A stretch of 63,891 bases of DNA, counting the filler, from Chiloscyllium plagiosum (taxonomy: Eukaryota): NCBI RefSeq assembly GCF_004010195.1. It is 5 parts of one record of this genome, joined end to end, with 100 filler letters (N's around TTAATTAATTAA, not from the genome) between each part and the next. Parts side by side here need not be neighbours in the genome. Positions count along the whole stretch, not along the records: positions 32,103 to 56,646 come from NC_057717.1; positions 56,747 to 61,714 come from NC_057717.1; 3 more parts are not named here. One strand, given 5' to 3'. The notes beneath the pieces are model-generated. The model did not search any database. It worked only from the letters and a program-made list of their open reading frames with translations, and was not told the DNA's origin. Below, one piece after another: positions 48,804-60,800 of this stretch. Position numbers and translations under genes: made by a program. How positions within the stretch are numbered: position 1 is the first letter of the stretch; every line of letters begins with the position of its first letter.

Positions 48804-51800
48804 ACTACTGAGTCTCTCAGGGACACCCCTTCTCAGAATTATTTCAGTTAGGAAAGCTTTGGCTACGGCACTGGCATTCTATTTAGGCGTGGGGAACGCT
48901 TGCATCCATTTGGAAAATATATCAACTATTACCAGACCATACCTTTTTCCTTCGCAGGGTGTTAGTTCGGTAAAATCCATTTGTAAATGTTCAAATTGTT
49001 TTTGGGGTTTCGGGAGTGCTACGTGACTCATCTGTATTCCCCTCCCCACATTATTGTGGCACAATATCGTTCACAATATTTCTAGAAGTAATGAGTAAAT
49101 CTCTTAGTATACCACTGTGCTGAAATGCTGTCATATCTCCCCTCTTTTGACACATCTTCCTTACAGTGTGTCACTTTGGCATAGAATGGAAATAATGATC
49201 GTGATAGAAAAGGTTTACCATTGGGGCAACACCATAACCCTTATCTCAAACTGCACTCTGCTTTTTTCCCACTCAAACGTGTCTTCAAGTCTGGACTTCG
49301 ACTGTGACTCCCGTACTTCTGCTGTTGGGGTGAAGATTTTTGTCATACATCATGTCAAACTGATCATTTACTGGCTGCTGAGCTGCCATCCTTGCCGCTG
49401 AGTCTGCCGTTATATTTCCTTGAGAAACAGAATCGTCATATTTCGTGTGGGCTTCATATTTACACACAGCGATTGATTTAGGCAATAGGACCGCTTTAAA
49501 GAGGTCGGAAATCTGATCACTGTGTGTGATGGGCTTCCCGCTGAAAGTCAAGAAGCCCCTGTGTTTCCACAGGGTTCCAACATCATGTGCAACTCCGAAT
49601 GCATATCTGCTATCAGTTAAATATTCGCTGTCTTTCCCTTAGCCAATTTACATGCCCCAGTCAATGCAATCAGCTCCGCTGCTTGCGCTGACAGTTGAGA
49701 AGGGAGTGATCCCACTTTGAATACCTCATGGGTAGTTACTACAGCATACCCAATACAATTCTGACCTATCTCCTTGCTCCTGAATGCTGGCCCTTCCACA
49801 AAAAACTCCATATTTGGATTCTGAAGTGGTGAATTCTGCAAGAGTCTTGTCTGGGGCAGCAAGTTTCATTAATTACAGCGATAGAAACATGTGGTTCTCC
49901 GTATCCGTCTCTCGTGAGAGGACTGGCAGCATTAAGGACGTTACATCGTTTTATTACAATGTTAGGCTTCTCCAATAACACAGTATTGTATCTGAGCCAA
50001 CGTCCTGCCGACGTATGTGCTGTTGTTTGCTCGGAAAGCAGTAAGGATACTGCATGTGCGATCAGTAGGGTTAAGTCGCCATAGCCGATTATATCCCTGG
50101 GCGCGACAACAGCCTTTTCAGCTGCAACCACAGATCGCAGGCATTTACGCAATCCTTCTGCTACGAAGTCTAGCTTCGCCGAAAAATAAACTGCCAGCTT
50201 GAATTTTCCCCCATGATCCTTCAACAACACAGATGTCATGCAGTCACGTTTCTCATCTCCATTTTGACAGAAGGCTTGTTTGGATTCGGAATCCCCAGTG
50301 TAGGTGTACTTTGAAACGTCTTTTTCGATTCAACTCGGCCGCTGGGGTCCATTGCAACGGACCTTGGTTCTGGTACCCTTTTCCATGGGCCATGTCACTT
50401 CGGGGCGCCTCAAGATTTGCGTAATGTGGGATAAACGTTCTTTAGTAGGAGCATATGCCCAAAAAGGATAGCAATTGTTTCTTCATGTGAGGCTTTGGAA
50501 TTTGCTGAATTACTTGCACTCTGTCTTCACCAATGGCCTTACCTTGTTCAGATATTAAGTGACCGAAGAACTTCACCTGTTGTTGCATAAATTGAAGCTT
50601 TGCGAGCCTGGCTTTGTGCCCTTGCCTCGTGCAACGCAAGGGAATCCTTCTCACATTGATCCTCTGTCGGTGCTGCTATGAAGCAATCGTCTGCAGTCTG
50701 CAGAAGCGCTGACCTCGGGGTTAAAACAAGAGTCTCCAGACGCCTGCGCAGAGCCGAATTTTATATGTGTCGGTGACTCACAGTAACCTTGACAAAGTCG
50801 TGTGAATTCATAAGATTTCCCTTTGAACGAAAAAGCGAACCAGAATTGACTATCTGGATGCACCGTTGCACTAAAGAATGTATTTGCTAAATTCACAGAA
50901 GGGAACCATTTACTGTCGGGTGGAAATTGAGCTAATACAGTATAGTGGTTGGGAACATTTGATGCGCGCGGGACAACACTTTTATTGACTGCCCGCATGT
51001 CTTGAACAAACCTCCATTCCTCCGGTTCACTTCGAATTTTTGCCTTTTTGATCAGAAAAATGGGAGTTCTCACCGGTGAGTTTACAGAGGGGATTATCAC
51101 TCGAGCCTTTAGGAAGGATTAAAAGACTGGAGTAACTACTTCCATGGCCTCGGGTTTTAACGGGTATTGTGCCCTGCAAGGACGATACTCCGACTTCGCT
51201 GTTTTTCGTATTGGTTCACAACCTCGTATACACCCCACATCATGTTTGCCTTTTGCCCACAATTCAGTAGAGACTGTTATTAATCTTGGGTCTGAGATGT
51301 TTATCTTAGAGAAACGCCAGGCCAGCCTTCGCGGCTCTTCAGGGCTAGAGGGGGATATTTCGACTGTCCTATCTGCCTGAGTTAGACAATTTAATTTCTT
51401 CTTATATGTCCGCACATCTGCATTGAACCACATACCCACATCTTCGAAGAACACCCAACTTTTCGTTCTTTATGTCTTTAGTACCCATAGTCTCAAATCC
51501 TGCCACCTGTCACTGGACACCTTCCCCAGTGACACGCGAGAAGCCGAGCCTTCCACATCAAAAATATAGAGGTTACTTGCCGTCACAGGTACTTTACATA
51601 AGTTCACACTGACTGCGCATCTGTCATCCCTTCAATAAAATTCGCACAATAGCAACTGACCTGGTTTAACCAAACTCCTGAACCAATACTTCTCTTATGG
51701 TTCGTCAGGGCCATCGTGGTGTATGTGTGCCGTGCAGTGCAGCATGTTCCCGCAAAGAAATCGGTGTTAATAGGATTAATATGGTTACTTGCTTCCAGGG

Positions 51801-54050
51801 TGAGTGAATCGCTAACTGAGCTCATTGCCCTCTGGCTTAATCGCCACTCACAGACATACATCAAGGGTCGTGGGTTGTATTTTACAGTTTACACTTGTGA
51901 ATCTTCCCTTTGAATTACCTGCAAACCCGTTGGAGTACTGAGCAAATACAACCCCAGTCTCACTATGAGATCTCGAGCCATCAAACTTAAAGGACAGAAT
52001 TCCGCTAACAGAATTCAGGATTAGAATGTATACACATTACTGATTTCACACAATATGGGTGTGGTAAAACTCTCTCATTTCACGACTCCTGATGCATCCA
52101 CTGAGTTCAGGAACATTCCACTCATCTTTATTGGCGTTGACTCTCTGAACTGGCTTGATTTGAGGAGTGAATGTGCTGGCCTGTATTTACCAAAAAGGTA
52201 ACTGGTGTACCTTCCACATATAACATAGGCATCGACATATACGCATCATTGTTATATTGAACATATTGTCCACACTTCGCAATCTCAATGTTCAATATAG
52301 AGTTGGGATACATCTCAGTGCCCGTTAGGTTAGTAGAAGTGATTAGCATAAGGGATTCTTCGTTGCCAAGTATAAAGGAAAGAGGTTTACCTGTACATTG
52401 TGGGCTGCCCACATCAAACTCAGTCTTCCCCTGTCAGTCACCATGCTGTCCAGCCTCCACAATCGATTGACGATGTCTGTGCGAGCACTGTCTCGATCAG
52501 TAGACAATTGCTCCACAAACAAAGCACCAGCCAGATCTATCTCTGCCAGAGCACTTCCACGATCCCTTCCTCTTCCTCTTTTGCGACCTCCACCTGTGAC
52601 TGTCTCTTTTCCTGCAGTTCCTCCCTCCAACGGCTGAACGACCATTTGCATCATATTAAACTTAGGTTTATGTGATTGCTGTTCCATCTTTAATTTCCGG
52701 TTATCGTTTTCTTGGGCCAGCAATTTTTCAGCATGTGTCACGTGTTGTTCTATCAAATTAAGCTTTCCCGTGTCCCAGGTAATACATGTATATTATTACC
52801 TTTTTTGTTGTTTCGTACTTCATTCCATTGATGAAGCTGCTCCTCAGGTGTGACTCATATGGTGTGATCTCTGCCGTCGTTATGTCCTTGGGGGAATCAG
52901 TCCACAATAGACGTTATCGCCTTTCGTGAGGCGTTAAAGGTACTGGGACATTGTCTCAACTTCTTTTGGGATTCTTGCTTCAATTGGTTGTGGGTTCGAT
53001 ATGCTATCGGTGATTCAGCAGACCCTGAGGCGGCGACCATTGACTTGGAACCTTTACGAAGTTGATCTCTTAGAGAGCACCCATCAAGATCAGGATCTGA
53101 TCCAGTCTTAAGACACTGTACAGCTTCATTCGGGTGTTTTCCGTGTGTGTGTGCATGTGCGCTAGTGTTTGTATGTGTATTTGATCTATCTTTTATTCGA
53201 GATTTTCTTTCCCTGAAATCAGGCTTAGCCTTCAACATGTTGTAAGCACTCCAATTCACAGGTTCTATTTTCCCCTTCCGTTTTCCTTCTCTCTCTCCTC
53301 CAACCGTGACCTCAGCTTTTACAACTGCATGTTACTAAAACTTCCTTCCTCCGGAAAACCACATTCCTTGATTTACATGTTTAACTGCTTTACAGAAACT
53401 GGGCCATGATTTAGCATATATTGCATTTTTTCTTGACCATTCCGAGTTCTCGATGGACCCTCATTTTGTTCGCTCTTGCTGGAGCCGATTTTCATGGTTA
53501 TTGAAAAGTGTTCATCTCTCTCTCTCTGTCTGTCGATCTGTCTCTCTTTCTCTCTCTCACACGATACCGTAATCTTCTCTTTGCCAATATAACTTGCTTT
53601 TACCTCTGGAGGTCCCCTCTCATTGGGCGCAACCGCCTCATTGCCTTGGTTTTCACAAAACAAGAACCCACGTAACCGGTACATCTTTGGCGACTCCAAC
53701 GTTGCCCATGGTGGCTCCAAGTCTAAAACCACCGTTAATCTTGCTGTCTCTTAAACTCTCCAGAGACGGCAATCCTTTCCCTTGAGTCTTACTCGAATAC
53801 CGCGCGAGAGTTCACTGGCCCCTCTTCCTGGTTCATTTATTCTCTTCGAACGAGTCTCTATGTTGGATTACTTTAGCCACAAGTCTTATCCCGACCCTAT
53901 TCGATTCGGACTGCGACGCTGGGGCGATCCATATATCTCCAGTCCTCTCACGCAAAGGGGCCAATTCAGCACTCGAGATGAAGTGAAAGACCTCCAAGGC
54001 ACTGGCGCGTACACCTCCTGGGAATCTTCAGAATTTTACCCAGTCGCGGG

Positions 54051-54068
54051 ACCCCGGACGACCCCCCA
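54051..54068 (-). promoter_or_regulatory. Primer-binding site, tRNA-Pro
   Basis: tggggggtcgtccggggt matches TGGGGGCTCGTCCGGGAT at 16/18. Confidence 0.85.
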
Positions 54069-54075
54069 AGTTTAC

Positions 54076-54455
54076 TGCCATGGGATTTCAATCGACTCGA
54101 CCAAGAGCAAAGATAAAGTTTATTTTTGAACTCTGCAGAGTGGACCCAACAGATTTGCAAGACGCCACATGTAAGGGGCGGCTGACGGTTTTCACATATT
54201 CCCTTTATACTATATATCACCTTGCCTTATCACACCTCAAGCCAGGAACCTGGATCAATCGAGTTGCTTTCCACTCATGGAGTTGTTTTTTCCAATTCAT
54301 TGACTGCTGATATAATAGATTATTGGCCTTGAGAGTCAGCTGTAAATTAGTTTGACCTTTACATTTTTTCTATATTTTTGCAAAGTTAGGTCTTTACTTC
54401 TTTGTTTCAACCATGCATTCACAGATTTCACAATAAATGTTAACTTTATATTACA
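54076..54455 (-). repeat. 5' LTR of ERV copy 3
   Basis: tgtaatataaag...ccatggca (TG..CA) directly upstream of the PBS; AATAAA on the minus strand at ~54119-54124. Confidence 0.8.
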
Positions 54456-54459
54456 GGAG

Positions 54460-56100
54460 GTCAGGCTGACAGTGACTCAGTACGTGTGATGAAGTGAGGA
54501 TGATAGTGACACAATGAGGGTGAGGTGTCAGCGTGGTAGTGACGCAGACATGTGTGAGTGGATCAGGCCGATAGTGACGCAGAGAGAGGGGGTCAGAGTG
54601 ATAGTGATGCAGTAAGTCTGAAGGATCAGACCGATAGTGACGCAGTAAGTATGAGGTGGTCAGGGTGATAGTGAAGCAGTTAGTGTGAGGGGGCCAGTGT
54701 GACTGTGACGCAGTAAGAGTGAGTGGTCAGGCTGATAGTGACGCAATAATTGGAAAGAGATCAGGCTGATAGTGATGCAATAAGTGTTACTGTGTCAGGC
54801 TGATCCTGACGCATAAAGTTGGAGGGGACAGGGTGATAGTGACGAAGTAAGTGTGAGGGAGTCAGGCAGAGACTGACGCAGTGAGTGTGAGGCAGTCAGG
54901 ATGATAGTGAGGGAGTAAGTGTGTGCGTTCAGGCTGGTAGTGACACAGTAAGTTGAGAGCGCCAGGCTGATAGTGGCCAGTAAAAGTGAAGTGTTAGGGG
55001 AATAGTGACGCAGTAAGTGTGAGGTGTCAGGCTGATAGTGATGTGGGAAGTGTGATAGTTACGCTGTAAGTGTATGGGGGCACCAAGATCTTGACGCAGT
55101 AAGTATGAGTAGGTAAGTCTGATAGTGACGCAGTATATGTGAGGGAGTCAGCCTGGTTGTGGCGCAGTATGTGTGAGCTGGTCAGGCCGATATTGATGCA
55201 GTTAGTGTGTTGAGGTCAGAGTAATAGTCACGCAATAGGTGTAAGTGGCTCAGGATGACAGTGACACAGTGGGTGTGAGATACCAGTGTGATGGTGACGC
55301 AATAAGTGTAAGGGGTCAGGATGACAGTGACACTGGAAGTGTAAGGCCCTCAGTTTGATAGTGCTGCAGCAACTGTGCAGTGTCAGGGTGTAAATGACGT
55401 CGTAAGTGAGAGAGGGGCATTGCGATAGTGAAGCAGTCAGTGTGACGTGGTCAGGCTGATAGTCATACAGTCAATGAGACGGAGCAGTGTTTTAGTGACA
55501 AGAAAATTGTGAGGCGTCAGTCTGATACTGACACAATAAATGTGATGGAGTCGGACAGATAGTGACACAGTAAGTGTAAGGATTCAGGGTGATAGTAACA
55601 TAGGAGGTGAGAGGGCGTGACTGATAGTGACGCAATAAGTGTGTGGCGGTGAGGCGGATAGTGACGCAGTAAAAATAAGGCTGTCCAGGTGAAAATGGCA
55701 AAGACTGTGTGAGTGGATCAGGGTAATAGTGACGCAGTAAATGAGGGGGGTCATGGTGAGAGTGACGCAGTAAATGAGAGAGGATCAGAGTGAGAGTGAC
55801 GCAGTAAGTCTGAGGGGTCAGACTGATATTGACGCAGAAAGTGTGAAGGGGTCAGGCTGATAGTGACACTGTCAGTGTGGCGAGTTTTAGTTACACAGTA
55901 AGTGCGAGGCGTCAGACTGAAACTGCTGCAAAAAGTGTGAGTGGGTCAGGGTGATAGTGACGTAGTACTTCTGAGGGGTCAGGCTGATAGTGACGCAGTC
56001 AGTTTGATGGGGCAGTGTTTTAGTGACATGGTAAGCGTGGGGCGTCAGTCTGATACGAACACAAAAAGTGTGATGGAGTCAGGCTGATAGTGACGCAGTA
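54460..56100. repeat. Minisatellite/satellite, ~33-34 bp unit (gtcaggctgatagtgacgcagtaagtgtgagggg)
   Basis: Head-to-tail diverged units over ~1.6 kb (roughly 45-50 units). Confidence 0.93.
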
Positions 56101-56111
56101 GGTTTTAGGAG

Positions 56112-56646
56112 TACAAAGTTAAAAATCACGCAACACCAGGTTATAGTCCAACAGGGTTTAATTGGAAGCACACTAGCTTTCGGAGCAACTCTCCTTCATC
56201 AGGTGATTGTGGAGGGCTCGATCGTAACACAGACTTTATAGCTGTTAACAATGGTGATAGCTAGACAATGTGTTGAAGGTGTTAGTCCCCTGTGTTCTCT
56301 GTCTATGACCTGATGTTTAGATTGATTCCAATCTAAAAAGTGAAATAACAGAGTTTTACATAAATTCATGCAGTTTTTGAGCTCAGAGTTCGACATGAAT
56401 CTATGTGGTTTTTGAGCAAAGTGCAATGTAACTTTGTACCAAAAAAATTCACCACACACAATATATATGTGATATATGTGTGCATGTGGGTCTTTGCCTG
56501 TCTGTGTGTGTGTGTGTCTGTCTGGAGTGGAGGTTGAGAGTGTGAGAAATGGGAACCGCACAACAAATCAACAGACAGGAGGGTTCCCTCCCAGTTGGGG
56601 AACACTTCAGTGGTCCAGGACATTCAGCCTCGGACCTTCGGATGAC
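56112..56646 (-). mobile_element. Penelope-like 3' end with intact minimal hammerhead (56171-56205)
   Basis: Minus strand cacCUGAUGAaggagagttgctccGAAAgCUAgtg; GIY-YIG remnant next to the gap. Confidence 0.8.
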
Positions 56647-58384
56647 NNNNNNNNNNNNNNNNNNNNNNNNNNNNNNNNNNNNNNNNNNNNTTAATTAATT
56701 AANNNNNNNNNNNNNNNNNNNNNNNNNNNNNNNNNNNNNNNNNNNNCCCTATCTCTCCATGTCCAACTGTCTCTGTTTACCCTCCTCTCAATTTCTCTCT
56801 CGGTATATCTGTCTCGCTCTCTTACCTCCCACTCTCCTTCTCACTCTCTAGCTGCTCCCAATCTCTCTCCAAACACCCTCATCCTCTTTCTCGTGAACTA
56901 CCTCCTCTCGATATATATACACCCCGCCCTCTCTCTCACCACCTCCCAATCTCTGTTTCCAGACCCCTCCCACAGTGTCTCTCGCCCCTACCACTTTCTG
57001 TTTCTCTCTCCACTGCACTGTCTCATCCCTCTCCCTCTGTCTGTCCACCCTCCTCCCACTCACTCTACAGATTAGATTAGATTCCCGACAATATGGAAAC
57101 AGGCCACATGGCCCGAAAAGTCCACACCGACCCTCCTAAGAGCATCTAAACCAGACTCATCTCCCTTCTCAAGGGAGAGCTGCAAGTCTGTGTGCAGTTA
57201 AAGTGGTGAGGATTGTTGTAGGGCCTGCTGGGGAATGCACAGTTAACAACAGTTCCAACAGCTAGTGCAGTGGCTCAAGACGACAGCTCGACATCAGCTT
57301 CTCAGGGACAAATCAACATCAACAACAAATGCTGGCTCATCCAGTACAAGCGACAGAGGGCATGAGTGAGTGAATGAATGAATGAGTGAGTGAGTGAATG
57401 AGTGATGAATGAATGAATTAAATAATGAGTTAAAAAAAGAACGACGAGCAGCACTGAGGCCAGTCAGGGAGGCCCTTTTAACAGTACTTCACAAACTCGG
57501 AAAAACTATAACCTGGAAGGACAGGAGTTCCAGGTGCACGGGAGCACCAGCATTCCTAAGTTCCCCTCCAAGCGTCGCTCCATCCTATCAGCATTGCGTC
57601 TGTCCCTCCACCAAATGGATTGCAGGGGTTCATGAGGGCAGCTCACCACCACCTTCTCCAGTTAATCACAGGTGGGAAGAAAATGATGGCCACGCCAGTG
57701 ATGGCCACGTCCCCAATATATTTTCTTCAAATAGTGAAAAATAGTAAAACTCACGGAGTATGCTTCTTGGATACAACCCACATTCCCACCTAGTTTTGTG
57801 CCATCAACTAACATAGATACATTAGATTTTGTCATCCATCAAATGTATCGAATCCATTTGTGAATACTTAGGAGTCAAGAACTAATCCATTTATTGTGCT
57901 TAGTTTTCTGTCTTTTGAAGAATTCTCAATCCATGCCAGTACATTGCCTCACATCTTATATGTGCAAATCTTGCTTCTCCACTTCTTCAGTGGGACCTTG
58001 GTGAAAGATTTCTGAAAATCTCAAAAAAATTCCTCATTTTTGTCTGCACTGCTGTCCACAAACAGACAGAAAAACAAACTCAATACTGTTTGTGAAATTA
58101 AATCTTGCTTTCAGAACAATGTGCTTGGCACTGTCAGAAGACAGAGAGTAAGTATAAAAGAGTCAGTCGGAGACAAGTGGAGCCCCAGGCGAGTCAGTGT
58201 TGGGGCACACTTTAGACGTTAAAGATGAATAGTCTGGACAAAAGATGTAAGGGTTCGGAAAAGGAGGAAACTCACTCAGACGTGGGGAGAATATGCATGC
58301 TTGACATAGACAATCGCCTGAGGCTGGAGCCAACGGCGGGTCCCTGGCACAAGGAAGCAGCTGTACTAACCACTGGGCCAGCAT

Positions 58385-58850
58385 GAAGGAAAGGTCCCAG
58401 GGATGAAATGCTTGTCATATAACGAGAAGTTGAAGACTCGGGGTCTGTACTCGATGACATTTCGTAGGCGGCGATGGAATCTGATGCAAGTTTACCGATA
58501 CCTTATGGGCCTGGTTCGAGTGGACGCGAGGAAGATGTTTTCACTTGCAGGAGAGACTTCGACCCAAGAACACAGCATCAAAATGAAGGGGCGACCTTTT
58601 GCATGGAGATGTGGAGGAATTCATTCAGGTAGAGCGTGATAAACCAATAACCTCACTGCCTGAGTAAGCTGTGGAGGCAAAGTAATTCAGTGTATTTAAA
58701 TGAGAGATAGATGGGTTCTTAATGAGTGAGAGGATCATGCGTTAGAAGGAGTAGGTGAGACAATGGTGTTGAGAAACAATTCAGCCATAATTAAAAAGTG
58801 AAACCGACTCGATGGCCCAAATGACTCACTCCAATGTCTGTTTCATAGAA
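58385..58850 (+). mobile_element. CR1 3' fragment flanked by two minus-strand HE1 5' halves
   Basis: MKCLSYNEKLKTRGLYS...; HE1 pieces at ~58268-58385 and ~58905-59030. Confidence 0.7.
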
Positions 58851-59039
58851 TCACAGAAACACTGAGTGCAGACAATGTCTAATGGCCCATTCTACTGTAA
58901 AGCCTTGTAAACCCACTCAGACGCGGGGAGAATATGCATACTTGACACAGACAGTCGCCTGAGGTTCGAGCCGACCGCGGGTCCCTGGCGCAAGGAGGCA
59001 GCTGTACTAACCACTGAGCTACCATGCTGCAGAGATTCC

Positions 59040-60800
59040 TGCAATAGAGAGGGTTGAAGAGGAGGGTGACGCTTACACAGAGAGGGGTGTTAGAGCTGGA
59101 GAGGATTACAATGATGAGTAGCTGGATGCAGACACATGAGGAGCTTACAAAAGTGGGATGGGTGATAATGACAGTAAGGTGCTACATCGATAATGGGTCT
59201 TGCTGGAACGGGATTGGGACATTCGCAGGCATTGGAGTGACGTCTCTAGATCAAGAGATTTGCAGGGTCCAAAGAGGAATGCACAGAGATGGAGGTCTGT
59301 AGGGTATCCATATTTTGAGAGGGATTCAGGAGTGGAAGAGGTTACGCAGACAAGGAGGAATATTGGCGTTGTCGGAGTTTTCAGAGATGGTTACGTTTAG
59401 ACCATTTGAAGCTGTTTACCAATATAGGGATATTAGCAAGTTGTGAGAAGATGTGTAGCTTAGGTTAAGTTTCTGGATGTACGTTTGCTCGTTGAGCTGG
59501 AAGGTTCCACCTTATCCCACACACCCAGGCCCAGCAAGTCTCCCTATATTTAGTGTGCATTTACAGCCACAATCCTCCACATCTATGTTTGCTCCTCCAC
59601 TCCCTACATCTCTCCCACCACCTCAAAAACTCTCTCTTTGTCTAACTCTACAACTCTCCCTCTGTATTCCGTATTACTCTCCTGAAATTATCCCTCTATC
59701 TGGATGTTGGTTTGCTCGCTGAGGTGGAACCTTCCAGCTCAACGAGCATACGTACATCCAGAAACTTAACCTAAGCTACACATCTTCTCACAACTTGCTA
59801 ATATCCCTATATTGGTAAACAGCTTCAAATGGTCTAAACGTAACCATCTCTCAAAACTCCGACAACGCCAATATTCCTCCTTGTCTGCGTAACCTCTTCC
59901 ACTCCTGAATCCCTCTCAAAATATGGATACCCTACAGACCTCCATCTCTGTGCATTCCTCTTAGGACCCTGCAGTGGAGACTGCAGGGATTGGAGGAGCA
60001 CACAATTGTATGGACGCGGTAGGATATGATGTTTCAGAGCTGGGGAGGGTTCCAGCATCTAAATGAAGTTACAAAGCTATGAAGGGCTATTGGGCTGAAG
60101 GAGGAAACTGTTTTGGAGGGCTGTAGGGACTAGAGGAGGTTTCACAGATAGGGAAATTCCAGTGATAAGAGGTTGAGTAGGTTGCACTGTCATCTCGGAT
60201 GGTAGGGACCGAAGGAGGTTATTGAGACAGGGAGCGTTACACAGAAACAAAGGACAGAGATGGAGCGGGAGGCCATTCAACCCCACGAGCCTTCCCTCCC
60301 ATTCAATATGATCACGATAGACAATATGACGCAGTTCCCTGTTCCTGCTTTCACCCTATATGGAGACTGGCTGAATTGGAGGTTGTCACTGAGATAAGGA
60401 TGTATGGAGTGACCGAGTGAGTTTCCAGAGATAGGGAGGGATTGAGTGACTGGGACAGGCTACAGAGATAGGAATAGTTGTGGGGACTGGAGGAGGTCAT
60501 AGATATAGGGAGGGTTGGGGTGTTATCAGGAGATTACAGAGATAGGGAGAGGTGGAGTGTCTGCAGCAGGTTAATGAGATACGGAGGGTTGGAGACTCTT
60601 TGGGAAGTTTCAAAAATAGAGAGTGCTTTCTGATCGAGGTTAAAGAGATACGGAGGAGATTACAGATATCGGAGTTGTTCTCGGAGTTAGAAACATTCAA
60701 GGCATTGTCTCTGATGAGGTGGACGAAAAGGCATGTTTTTTTGCTGTATGAATCTATAATACAATAACAGAGAGTGTTGGAGAGGAAATAGAGAACAGAA
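59040..60800. repeat. Purine-rich degenerate repeat region (ggaggaggttacagagatagggag) containing a 252-bp inverted duplication
   Basis: The motif recurs throughout; inverted arms at 59261-59512 and 59722-59973. Confidence 0.75.

Larger units (their letters stand above)
48126..54455 (-). mobile_element. Endogenous retrovirus copy 3: 5' LTR, PBS, gag (internally deleted), pro, 2H-like domain, RT, RNase H, IN up to the gap
   Basis: (M)GSSKSE gag start at ~53490, CFVC knuckle remnant, VTFLVNTG protease, WRFVQDMRAVN RT, SAQAAELIALT RNase H, FEHLQMDFTEL...IVDIFSKW integrase. Confidence 0.92.

Noticed and set aside
53373..54129. ORFs in the ERV leader as possible accessory genes (as in walleye epsilonretroviruses)
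   Set aside because: Frames are not maintained between copies 2 and 3 and have no recognisable domain.
54460..56100. CRISPR-like periodic array
   Set aside because: Units are head-to-tail diverged copies without unique spacers, there are no cas genes, and the context is vertebrate.
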